The notes beneath the pieces are model-generated. The model searched no databases and had not been told where the DNA came from. It saw only the letters and a program-made list of their open reading frames with translations. From a virus, in the IMG/VR virus record IMGVR_UViG_3300044658_000141, positions 1-64,000 of that record: DNA of 64,000 nt. One strand, given 5' to 3'. Numbering within the stretch: the first letter of the stretch is position 1; every line of letters starts with the position of its first letter. This document shows positions 55,933 through 64,000 of the stretch, piece after piece. Made by a program: the position numbers and the translations under genes.

Positions 55933-56229
55933 TCAGCCCATCGGCCTGCACTTACTTACCAGTTGCCCGAATAGCCGAAATCAAATTCCTCATCTCCCCA
56001 AATGTCGTTTTCAACCTGCTGCCTGGCTTCCCGCTCGGCAGACACCCTGTGCCAGATCGCGCCAAAGTCTATACGCGGTATAGGTTTTCCTTCTGCATGA
56101 GCCTGTAGCTGCATCTGCGTAAATGGAGAGATCTCTCCATTTAGTGCCATCTCCTGATCAGCCTGCTCTACTAACAAATCGAATTCGTCCATGTCTTTGT
56201 CCTTTCATCAGCCCATCGGCTTGCACTTG
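55933..56229. repeat. 21-bp direct repeat pair in consecutive intergenic spacers
   Basis: TCAGCCCATCGGCYTGCACTT at ~55933 (exact) and a near-identical copy at ~56209. Confidence 0.75.
55956..56192 (-). CDS. Small acidic protein
   Basis: AAGGA RBS. Confidence 0.6.
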   Translation of the reverse strand: MDEFDLLVEQADQEMALNGEISPFTQMQLQAHAEGKPIPRIDFGAIWHRVSAEREARQQVENDIWGDEEFDFGYSGNW

Positions 56230-56270
56230 CCACGCATCACACTGACGAGTGGCAAAGACCAACCGACAAA

Positions 56271-56489
56271 CTACTCTTCGTCAGAACTAGAACCGCCCAA
56301 TACACTGCGCACACCACGATTGAAAGCCACCCAGTTGCCTTCATAGCCATTGTTGATATGCCACCTGCGTAACGCCTCATCGTTGATGTCTTCCCCGCCT
56401 TGTTCCTTCCACGCATCTCCAAATTCCTGGCCTTCGCTATAGGCCACAGCAGCATCAATGTTATCCTTAATCCAATCAAACAATTTCAT
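56271..56489 (-). CDS. Small acidic protein
   Basis: AAGGAG RBS; ATGA overlap. Confidence 0.55.
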   Translation of the reverse strand: MKLFDWIKDNIDAAVAYSEGQEFGDAWKEQGGEDINDEALRRWHINNGYEGNWVAFNRGVRSVLGGSSSDEE

Positions 56490-56728
56490 CGCTTTGCTCT
56501 CCTTTTCTTTGTTAACTTCTTTGGCGCTTTCCCAGTGAAGAACGCCTTTAACTTTGCCCCAAGAGGCTGTTCGTAAATCGTCGCTTCCCGTTCACGTTTG
56601 GTGCGTGGTTTGCGTGGTTTCGCCTGCACACTCTTTGCTGGTAGGTCTGGCATCGCAGTAGCAGGTTTTCGCGTTGGTTGCGCAGGCTGCGTGGTACCAA
56701 CACGTTTGAAAGTATAGTCAGAGTGCAT
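56486..56728 (-). CDS. Small basic protein
   Basis: GGGAG RBS; K/R-rich. Confidence 0.55.
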   Translation of the reverse strand: MHSDYTFKRVGTTQPAQPTRKPATAMPDLPAKSVQAKPRKPRTKREREATIYEQPLGAKLKAFFTGKAPKKLTKKRRAKR

Positions 56729-56742
56729 CGTGCTGCTCCCAT

Positions 56743-57039
56743 TCAGTCAGGCCAGGCATCATCAGCATCGGCAGCATTAGACATCGCATCAGAGAACTCT
56801 TCTCCAACCGTATCATTCTCCAATACCGGATCTTGAGCATCAGCCTTTTGTGATGAGACACTCATATTTAACAGGCCATTCCGCTTTAGCTGGTAATACT
56901 CACTCAGCCGTATTCCAGCGATAGTAGGAAGTTGCTTAGTATTGTGCTCTTCGGCATCTGCAAGTAACGCTTTGTGCGTCTCAGAATTGCGAAGTATGCC
57001 TATCGTGAGATAGACATACTTCTTGTTGTCCCTTGCCAT
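56743..57039 (-). CDS. Putative ParR-like adaptor
   Basis: Directly downstream of parM; N-terminal strand-helix-helix, acidic tail. Confidence 0.55.
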   Translation of the reverse strand: MARDNKKYVYLTIGILRNSETHKALLADAEEHNTKQLPTIAGIRLSEYYQLKRNGLLNMSVSSQKADAQDPVLENDTVGEEFSDAMSNAADADDAWPD

Positions 57040-57051
57040 ATCGCACCTCTC

Positions 57052-58101
57052 CTATGCAATGCGCAGACGCTGTAATTGCTGCTCTGCAAACACAGCATAC
57101 CCATAAGCATTGGCTTCTTCAGGATGTGCAATAAATTGCAGGTTGGGAATCCGACTATGAAGTTGATCATAAAAGTAGTAGGCCCCGCCGCCGATGCACA
57201 AGACCGAGGAGAAACTACTGGCAACTTCACTACCCGTCTCAGACTCGCTCCAGGTCGAAGAGACAAATGAGGCAATCTCATTGCCGATTTGACGCAGTGC
57301 GTCTTTTGTCAAACTCTCTAAATCAGTAACTTCTTCACCACGTGCTTTGATGACAGGGTACTCTGTTTGATGAGCATACGCCCGCAAGATTCTGCGTATC
57401 TCCTGACCTTTCAGAGGACGATTGTATTTCTTCTGAAAATTAGAACTGAGCAAATCACCGGCAATTTCAACACCCAAAGGCCTGCCTGCGCACATATGCC
57501 GCTGAGGGGTCTGGCCTTCAGCAACAAACAGATCTGTCGTGCGCCCTCCAATATCAATAACCCCTTGCACCGTTTTATCACGAGAGCCAAAAGCAATAGC
57601 GGCCCCGGCCCCTTCCATGATGACACGCTCCACTTTCACATGGATCGTACGAATCGTTCCATTGACGGCAAACACATGAACGCCTTCAAGAGCGTTCTTA
57701 ATTTTCTTGCGGCTGTCAGGGTCACCCAGGTAGGTTTGCACCGGTAATCCGGTGACGACATTCAGACCAAACTCAGCGTCAGGGACCAGAGAAGAAGCCA
57801 CAGTGAGAAGCAAAATCAAAGATTTCTCACTCCAGTACCGGCTAATATCTCCTCGCCCACTAAATGACATGTTCGATTGAGTCAGCGCCAAGTTCCCAAC
57901 GTACAGCTCAGTATCGCTATGCCTACTCTTGAAGACATAATCATTCGGCTTGAGAACGATCCCCAGCTTGGCTAAGTCCTCAAGGCTTCCTCCCTGTGCG
58001 GTGACGCTGGGAACGGTTTTAGAAATCTTTTGATTGCGAACAATCATCGTTCCACAGGTCTCCGCGTTGCCAAAGTCGTGTCCGTACGCATACGTTTGCA
58101 T
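57052..58101 (-). CDS. parM: ParM/StbA actin-like segregation ATPase
   Basis: HDFGNAET, VVTGLP, MEGAGA, VIDIGGRTTD, CIGGGA, ANAYGY. Confidence 0.9.
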   Translation of the reverse strand: MQTYAYGHDFGNAETCGTMIVRNQKISKTVPSVTAQGGSLEDLAKLGIVLKPNDYVFKSRHSDTELYVGNLALTQSNMSFSGRGDISRYWSEKSLILLLTVASSLVPDAEFGLNVVTGLPVQTYLGDPDSRKKIKNALEGVHVFAVNGTIRTIHVKVERVIMEGAGAAIAFGSRDKTVQGVIDIGGRTTDLFVAEGQTPQRHMCAGRPLGVEIAGDLLSSNFQKKYNRPLKGQEIRRILRAYAHQTEYPVIKARGEEVTDLESLTKDALRQIGNEIASFVSSTWSESETGSEVASSFSSVLCIGGGAYYFYDQLHSRIPNLQFIAHPEEANAYGYAVFAEQQLQRLRIA

Positions 58102-58117
58102 GTGTTCTCTTCCTTTA

Positions 58118-58284
58118 CTAACAAGTGCTGTATTTTTACTGCCTATTTACAGCGCTCGTCAAACTGAGAATAAGTATACCTGATAAATCCGTAAAAGTAC
58201 AGCTTTTTCAGAGTAAATTTGCAGCATTTTTAGCAGCACCAACAAATCTGCTAACAAGTGCTGTATTTTTGCTGCCTATTTACA
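58118..58284. repeat. parC-like centromere: two 34-bp direct repeats flanking the parM promoter
   Basis: CTAACAAGTGCTGTATTTTTRCTGCCTATTTACA at 58118-58151 and 58251-58284 (33/34 identical); minus-strand TATACT between them. Confidence 0.7.
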
Positions 58285-58371
58285 AAACCTCGCACGCTCA
58301 AGCGCTTCTTTTTGACTGGCTGAGCTTGTGCTTGCTGTTCCATCAATGTTGCCATGACTACAAATCCTTTC

Positions 58372-60021
58372 CTACTGTACAGCTTGCCGCTGCCGATCAT
58401 ACTCATCACACACTTCACGAACCATCCAATACTGGTCACCATTTATCTGTAAATCATCTCGAATGGCGGTGCGTTTCATACCATCAGCGTAGCGTTGCAG
58501 AATTTCGGTTCGGAGCATTTCCGGCACCTCTCTTTCAGGGCTTTTTTGTACCGAAATTTCGGTTCTGTGAAATTTCGAGATATTATCAATTGGCTCTATA
58601 GGCTGTCCGAAAGAATTTAAGCCGCCTGTCTGCTTTTCGGTGTTTTCGTCGAAAATTCCCCAGATTTCCGGCTCGCCTTTCGTGGCATTTCGGGCAATCT
58701 GGTGATGCCGTAATTGCTCCAAACCAGGAGTATTTGCTCCATGTGGAGAATGACGACGGCGAACCTGGATACGCTTCTTGCTCACACGACCGGTAAAAAG
58801 AAATGCCTCGCCGTTCTGCAATGAGAGAGACTCTTCTCTGGTAATCCCCATCTTGCGATAGCGCTCCAGATCAGCCTCTTCAGTTTGCCGATGAAGCAGT
58901 CGGCCATCCGACTGCATGGCCCGATTGTCCAACTCCGCTATCTTCTGGCAGACCAGTGTAATGCCAAGACCGCGCTTACGGCCCTTACGCACCATGTCAT
59001 TAAAGAAAGTATTCTGTAGCGCAGCCAGCGTCTGCGGGTCCTGCGATTTCAAAGGACTCTCATTAACATATTGAGGAAGCCAGGTAACAGCCTCCTCCAA
59101 TATGAAATCAGAAGGAATCCGCTTCTCATTGGGCAATTCTTCCTGCCATTCGCGCATGCCCTTGATAATCCCGATCATCACCTGCGCAGCTTCAACCATC
59201 TCGTAAGACTGCAGATTGAGAATAACCTGCAGCAAATTATCAAGGACATAATGACCAAACTGTTCAGCGTTATCTACAGAAACCGAATACATACCAGTAG
59301 CGCCTGCAAGGATGCCATTGCGCAACCAACGAGGATCACAGAGCGGTCGATACTCATCTTCAGTATCGGCAAGTACAAAAGGAACCTCCAACCGCCCTAA
59401 CTCTTCTCCATAGGTGCCGATGCTATTTGATTTGCCAGAACCTGAAACGCCAACAATCAACTTTCGTCCAGAGAGAAAGTCATCTGCTGGTACTAGATAG
59501 TCCTGAGAGAGGTTGATACTTTGCTCAAGATTTGAAGATGGAAGCATTTTGCGATCTTCAGTAGGACTAGGCTGTACATCAACAGTGCCATACTTTTGCA
59601 TCATGGCCAGCATGCGTTGATCAGTCGTCGCTGTCGTGCTGGCAATCTTCATGATCTTCTCTAGCAAAGCAATTTGTTCCATCGGGTCCATCTGCATCTG
59701 TCCAACGTTCAATTGTTCCACTCGCTGCTCAACCTGGAAAAATCCCTTACGCTCCTGAACAATGAGCGCCTGCGCCGGTCCATGTTTGCTCGGGCCAATC
59801 ACTCGAACCTTTGATTTTTGCCTGATGATCACCAATCCATAAATGACGCCCAGACCCAGGGCAGTAAAGAACAGCAGTTTTACACCCACCCAGATCTCAG
59901 CAACCGCCTCACTCATACCAGACTCAAACCCCTTGAGATTGGCAAAGATCGCCACGAGCAGAATAGTGAGTGGAATGGCAATGGCTCCCAGGATGAGCCC
60001 ATCTTTTACTCGCAAGTTCAT
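58372..60021 (-). CDS. Membrane-anchored HerA/FtsK-superfamily (DUF87-like) ATPase
   Basis: Two N-terminal TMs; GVSGSGKS; FILEEA; RKGRKRG; CQ; C-terminal HTH-like segment. Confidence 0.8.
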   Translation of the reverse strand: MNLRVKDGLILGAIAIPLTILLVAIFANLKGFESGMSEAVAEIWVGVKLLFFTALGLGVIYGLVIIRQKSKVRVIGPSKHGPAQALIVQERKGFFQVEQRVEQLNVGQMQMDPMEQIALLEKIMKIASTTATTDQRMLAMMQKYGTVDVQPSPTEDRKMLPSSNLEQSINLSQDYLVPADDFLSGRKLIVGVSGSGKSNSIGTYGEELGRLEVPFVLADTEDEYRPLCDPRWLRNGILAGATGMYSVSVDNAEQFGHYVLDNLLQVILNLQSYEMVEAAQVMIGIIKGMREWQEELPNEKRIPSDFILEEAVTWLPQYVNESPLKSQDPQTLAALQNTFFNDMVRKGRKRGLGITLVCQKIAELDNRAMQSDGRLLHRQTEEADLERYRKMGITREESLSLQNGEAFLFTGRVSKKRIQVRRRHSPHGANTPGLEQLRHHQIARNATKGEPEIWGIFDENTEKQTGGLNSFGQPIEPIDNISKFHRTEISVQKSPEREVPEMLRTEILQRYADGMKRTAIRDDLQINGDQYWMVREVCDEYDRQRQAVQ

Positions 60022-60338
60022 GCAACACCCGCGCTTTTCTTCTGGACGCCAAGAATGCGTAAACTCTGCGCTACAAGGACCACACCCAGGAATGCCGCCA
60101 ATAAAAGCGAAAGTGAAAAAGAGAAGAGAGAGCTATATATTGCCGCCGACAATGCGTGTACTGCCAACATCGCTAGCGTTACGACTAAATACGCGGCTCC
60201 TCCAACTAGAGCCAGCGCAGCCAACCCAACACACACCACTCCCAAAGTAAAAATTGCAGCGATGGCAACTAGTACTTTCATGCTCGGTTGCACCATCACG
60301 GCTTTCTCGCCGCCATTCCAGGCGATTGTTATTGACAT
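60018..60338 (-). CDS. Hydrophobic membrane protein
   Basis: Almost entirely hydrophobic; ATGA overlap with the ATPase. Confidence 0.65.
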   Translation of the reverse strand: MSITIAWNGGEKAVMVQPSMKVLVAIAAIFTLGVVCVGLAALALVGGAAYLVVTLAMLAVHALSAAIYSSLFSFSLSLLLAAFLGVVLVAQSLRILGVQKKSAGVA

Positions 60339-60479
60339 CGCTTTAGAACTTCCTTTCCTCTAGTCCAGCCCCACAAGCGATGTTACAATACCTGCGGTCA
60401 CTGGACGGCATTGGTTTGAGACACTACCCGTCCGTTCGATCTTCCCGGCGTTGCTGTAACTTCGCCGGGTTTTACCTAC

Positions 60480-60680
60480 TTAATCTTCGTCTTCTCTAAT
60501 TCGATTAATATCTTCAATCAATCGTTCAACGTCAGAGCGTTTGTACATCACTCGCAAGCCTTTTCTATATCGTTTAATCCGACCTTCGGAAGTGTATCTT
60601 TCCAATGTTCGTCTTGAGCGACCCATCAAAGCGCTTGCCTCCTCAATGGTCAAGAACTCTTCCCCATCTTGTTGTGTCAT
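60480..60680 (-). CDS. Excisionase/HTH_17-type DNA-binding protein
   Basis: FLTIEEASALMGRSRRTLERY..G..YKRSDVE. Confidence 0.85.
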   Translation of the reverse strand: MTQQDGEEFLTIEEASALMGRSRRTLERYTSEGRIKRYRKGLRVMYKRSDVERLIEDINRIREDED

Positions 60681-60744
60681 AGTTACCTCACTGTCATAAT
60701 TGATATTGAAATCTTACATGATTATGTCGCAGTTTGTCAACCCC

Positions 60745-60773
60745 TTGACTTACACAAAATTGGAAGGTATACT
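60745..60773 (+). promoter_or_regulatory. Sigma70-type promoter (divergent from a minus-strand TTGACA promoter)
   Basis: TTGACT-17-TATACT. Confidence 0.65.
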
Positions 60774-60897
60774 TTGAATACCTGATAACGTTTCAGGCAA
60801 AAAGAAAAGCCCTAGCTCGGGAAAGCTAAGGCTCTAATTGAACCGATACGTCTTAAGTTCTTCAGGCTATGGGGCGTATCTAAGGAGAGTTTATATC

Positions 60898-61269
60898 ATG
60901 TATACCCCTATGCGCAAGCCCTCATTACGCAGCGGCAAAGCCTGCACGTTTGTTCCTCGCAGTCAACACGTTTTGGTAGTTGAGCACGACAGCCCAGAGC
61001 GGACCACCGAGCTAACCACCCAATCCTTCCGCGCCCATTACCTCAACGTATTTAGTGGCGAGATTGAACATTCAAAAACCTTCAACCTCAAAGCACCTGT
61101 TCATCTGTACCTCACACAAGCTCGCAATTTCCCAGGATTTGCCTATCTCTGCCACTGGACCGGCGAGCGTTTCGCTTGTTCGTGTAAAGAGGGCAAGCAG
61201 AACGCATCGTGCCCACATATTGAAGAGTTAACCAACCTCCATACACCTGAAGTATTGGAGGTGTGTTAA
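60898..61269 (+). CDS. SWIM zinc-finger protein
   Basis: FACSC..CPHI; AAGGAG RBS. Confidence 0.7.
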   Translation: MYTPMRKPSLRSGKACTFVPRSQHVLVVEHDSPERTTELTTQSFRAHYLNVFSGEIEHSKTFNLKAPVHLYLTQARNFPGFAYLCHWTGERFACSCKEGKQNASCPHIEELTNLHTPEVLEVC

Positions 61270-61427
61270 TGGACGAACAAGCCAAGACCGTCGCGGAAAT
61301 CGAGACACTCATCTTCACCGACTCAGAAGAACTCACTGAGGAAGATTTGGAACGCTATCTGGCATTCTCTGAAGTGCAAGAAAAGCTGGATTGTGAAAAT
61401 ATGCTGGCCGCAATCTCTTTGATGTAG
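61269..61427 (+). CDS. Small acidic protein (not in ORF track)
   Basis: GGAGG RBS, TAATG coupling; MDEQAKTVAEIE..AISLM. Confidence 0.55.
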   Translation: MDEQAKTVAEIETLIFTDSEELTEEDLERYLAFSEVQEKLDCENMLAAISLM

Positions 61428-61498
61428 CGAGGTAGAAAGGAGCGGGAGGATATCTAGCCCCTGCCTTTAGGCATGGGGCGACCCTCCCAGGGGAAAGC

Positions 61499-61915
61499 AT
61501 GAAGAGGGAAAAGCGCCGGATCGATCGCTACTACCGCTCCAACAATAATGTGTATTTCGCTTGCTTCTATCATATCGTCTGGTGTCCTAAGTACCGAAAA
61601 AGAGTGCTCATAAACGGAATAGAACAGCGAGCGGAACAGATCATTAGGGGAGTATGTCAGGAGAGGCAAGCCTATATCGTGGCACTTAAGGTCATGCCTG
61701 ATCATATCCATATGCTTGTAAGTGTTGATCCTCAGTTCGGAGCCCACCAACTGATTAAGCTCATGAAAGGACGATCTTCATTTCTACTGAGAAAGGAGTA
61801 TCCACACTTGAAGAAACTGCACTCGCTCTGGACGAACAGTTACTTTATTTCAACGGTAGGCAAACCAACTATGGATGTTGTTAAGCGTTATATCGAGAAC
61901 CAAAGAGATGTCTAA
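61499..61915 (+). CDS. tnpA: Y1 HUH transposase TnpA
   Basis: HIVWCPKYR, DHIH, LWTNSYF, YIENQ. Confidence 0.95.
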   Translation: MKREKRRIDRYYRSNNNVYFACFYHIVWCPKYRKRVLINGIEQRAEQIIRGVCQERQAYIVALKVMPDHIHMLVSVDPQFGAHQLIKLMKGRSSFLLRKEYPHLKKLHSLWTNSYFISTVGKPTMDVVKRYIENQRDV

Positions 61916-63179
61916 CAAAGCATACAAATTCAGGTTATACCCGACGAGGAAGCAGATCGCTTCCCTGCAATGGACTTTGAACCGTTGCAGGGAGCTTTAT
62001 AACGCTGCTTTGCAAGAACGCAAGGAGGCATATAAGTATGCCAAGAAGTCCATCAGCAAGTTTGAGCAGATGCGCGATCTAACCATTATCCGCAACGAAA
62101 TCAGGACAGAGTATCAGGAGATTGGTAGTCATGTCCTGCAAGATGTCATTAAGCGAGTGGACAAAGCCTATCAAGCTTTCTTTCGTCGGGTCAAGAACGG
62201 AGAGAAGCCAGGCTATCCCCGATTTCAAAATGAGGGTCGCTATTGCAGTTTTACCTATCCTGACCTTCAAATGTGGGACTTAGAAGGCAACAAAATCCAT
62301 CTCCACAAAATCGGTAGTATCAAAATCAAGCTCCATCGAGAAATTGCAGGCAAAGTGAAAACAGTAACCATCAAACGAGAGGGAAAGCACTGGTACGCGG
62401 TTTTTAGTTGCGATCTGGAAGGGGTTAATGAACAGCGAACCCCGTACACCGATGACGCCATAGGGGTAGACCTCGGGTTGCACCACTTTGCAGCATTGTC
62501 CTCTGGGGACATCATTGATAATCCCCGCTACTATCGGACCTCTGAGGCAAAGTTGATCAAAGCTCAAAAAGTCTTGGCCCGCAAACAAAAGAAAAATCAG
62601 AAAACCGGATGCAAGGGCAATCGGCGCAAGAAGGCTATTCAACGGGTCGCCAAACACCACCGCAAGATCAGGAACCAGCGTCAGGACTTCTTACACCAGT
62701 GGTCCCGCAGGTTGGTAGACACCTATGAAACGATAGTCTTTGAAGATCTGGCTCCATCAAAGATGAGTAAAGCTCCCCGACCCAAACAGGACGAAGAAAC
62801 CGGGCAATACTTACCTAACGGAGCCAGTATCAAAGCTGGACTGAACAAAAGCATACTCGACGCGGGTTGGTCCACTTTTATCTCCATGTGTGAACACAAG
62901 GCAGCATGCGCCGGTGTCGTGCAGGTGGTGAAAGTGGACCCGTATAAAACCAGTCAAGTATGTAGCGGATGTCTCCACGAAGGACCGCATAAGGACTTGA
63001 GTGAGCGGGTTCATACCTGTCAAGAATGCGGCCTTGTAATCGACAGAGATGTCAACGCAGCGGTAAATATCCTGGCTGTGTCACAAGGTTTGAACTTGCG
63101 TCCTGAGAAGAAAACGAAAAGAGCCCGGGCTCGGACGGAGCCTGCAGAGGACGCGCCTCTGCGAAGCCCCCGGCTTTAG
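61908..63179 (+). CDS. tnpB: RNA-guided endonuclease TnpB
   Basis: KAYKFRLYP, GVDLG, VFEDL, CSGC..CQEC, DRDVNAAVNI. Confidence 0.95.
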   Translation: MSNKAYKFRLYPTRKQIASLQWTLNRCRELYNAALQERKEAYKYAKKSISKFEQMRDLTIIRNEIRTEYQEIGSHVLQDVIKRVDKAYQAFFRRVKNGEKPGYPRFQNEGRYCSFTYPDLQMWDLEGNKIHLHKIGSIKIKLHREIAGKVKTVTIKREGKHWYAVFSCDLEGVNEQRTPYTDDAIGVDLGLHHFAALSSGDIIDNPRYYRTSEAKLIKAQKVLARKQKKNQKTGCKGNRRKKAIQRVAKHHRKIRNQRQDFLHQWSRRLVDTYETIVFEDLAPSKMSKAPRPKQDEETGQYLPNGASIKAGLNKSILDAGWSTFISMCEHKAACAGVVQVVKVDPYKTSQVCSGCLHEGPHKDLSERVHTCQECGLVIDRDVNAAVNILAVSQGLNLRPEKKTKRARARTEPAEDAPLRSPRL

Positions 63180-63330
63180 CCGTGGTGGAGTCGTCACTTC
63201 GCGGCAAATCCACACAAAGATCCAAAGTATCTGGCCAGTTTGCAAGAAGCGCTCAAACTGTTGCTCGGACCAGAGGATATCATGAAGAGAGGGCGGGATC
63301 GTGAATCGCCTGCGCAGGAGAAGTAATACC

Positions 63331-63750
63331 ATGCGGCACTACAATCAGAATTTACAGGACTGGGAGGGAACCTGGTCCTATCATCTCATTCCTGCCGGAC
63401 AGTGGCTCAAATCGTTTCTTGAGGCCGAATGTTCGCTAGAGTTTCTGGACAAGTATCATACGTGGTTCTCTGCCAGGGATGTGACGCTCAGGGATTCGTA
63501 TATCATCATCAATTTCATCAGTTATGGGAAAGATGCTGATGGAGAGATCTACCACCACTACTGGGAACTACAAAACATTGGCCACTCGGAGCGTCCACGT
63601 TGGCGACTCTCGACACGTGACTGCCGGGATCGCTGGATATCGTTGATATTGCCAGAGGGCAGGCCGTTACAGGCGATGTTGGAGAAGTGTTTCACGTTGC
63701 ACAGGTGGCTGATCGATAGAGAGACATTGCAGCGGATTGTGGAGGGATGA
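63331..63750 (+). CDS. Hypothetical protein
   Basis: AGGAG RBS before MRHYNQ. Confidence 0.55.
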   Translation: MRHYNQNLQDWEGTWSYHLIPAGQWLKSFLEAECSLEFLDKYHTWFSARDVTLRDSYIIINFISYGKDADGEIYHHYWELQNIGHSERPRWRLSTRDCRDRWISLILPEGRPLQAMLEKCFTLHRWLIDRETLQRIVEG

Positions 63751-64000
63751 TGGACACCATTCATACAGTTACGATTGCCATATTCGCCAATGGATGCGTG
63801 CTCCTCCTGCAGCGCAACCCTGATGAATACCCTGGTCATGGTGACAAGTGGGAGTTAATCGGTGGACACATCCATATGGGAGAAGCTCCAATACTAGCAG
63901 CCATACGCGAAGCAGCCGAAGAGACAGGTATCATTGAGTTGCCATCGATGCAACTGGTAGACATTTGGCCCTGGCCTGTTGGCGATGAAACAGCTGAGAA
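63747..64000 (+). CDS. NUDIX hydrolase (3' truncated by window)
   Basis: Manual translation ..WELIGGHIHMGEAPILAAIREAAEETGI matches the Nudix box. Confidence 0.85.
   Translation, partial: MMDTIHTVTIAIFANGCVLLLQRNPDEYPGHGDKWELIGGHIHMGEAPILAAIREAAEETGIIELPSMQLVDIWPWPVGDETAE

Larger units (their letters stand above)
61444..63197 (+). mobile_element. IS605-group insertion sequence (tnpA+tnpB)
   Basis: Left hairpin GCCCCTGCCTTTAGGCATGGGGC; right hairpin GAAGCCCCCGGCTTTAGCCGTGG ending TCAC. Confidence 0.9.
1..64000. mobile_element. Temperate siphovirus-like phage / phage-plasmid (boundaries not seen; extends beyond both ends)
   Basis: Syntenic terminase-portal-protease-capsid-neck-tube-chaperone-TMP-hub-spike genes, plus recombinase and ParMR; no housekeeping genes; ORFs truncated at both window ends. 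Confidence 0.92.

Overview
The whole window reads as one temperate siphovirus-type phage (or phage-plasmid); no host housekeeping genes are evident. From left to right: (1) early/accessory region at 1-13 kb, with HTH regulators, a SWIM protein, an AAA_24-type ATPase, endonuclease VII, a tyrosine recombinase, an IS1341-type tnpB element and several IS200/IS605/IS607 end relics. (2) A full minus-strand late region at 13-51.6 kb: ParB-like protein, C5 DNA methyltransferase, TerS/TerL, a giant portal, a MuF-HAD fusion, an atypical tRNA, prohead protease, major capsid protein, two free-standing homing endonucleases, neck proteins, tail tube, tail chaperone with a -1 frameshift, tape measure, a split tail hub, three beta-helix spikes and a holin-like gene. 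(3) A plasmid-like module at 54-60.7 kb with ParM/ParR, parC-like repeats and a membrane-anchored HerA/FtsK-like ATPase. (4) A complete IS605 (tnpA+tnpB) and a truncated NUDIX gene. The best candidate for an undescribed system is five covarying hairpin/U-tract RNA elements (CGAGCC-N2-3-GAGCCAC) just downstream of late promoters, with a Mu Com-like zinc-ribbon gene immediately upstream of the first copy. This suggests a Com-like RNA-binding antitermination regulon. All calls come from reading motifs by eye; no searches were run.
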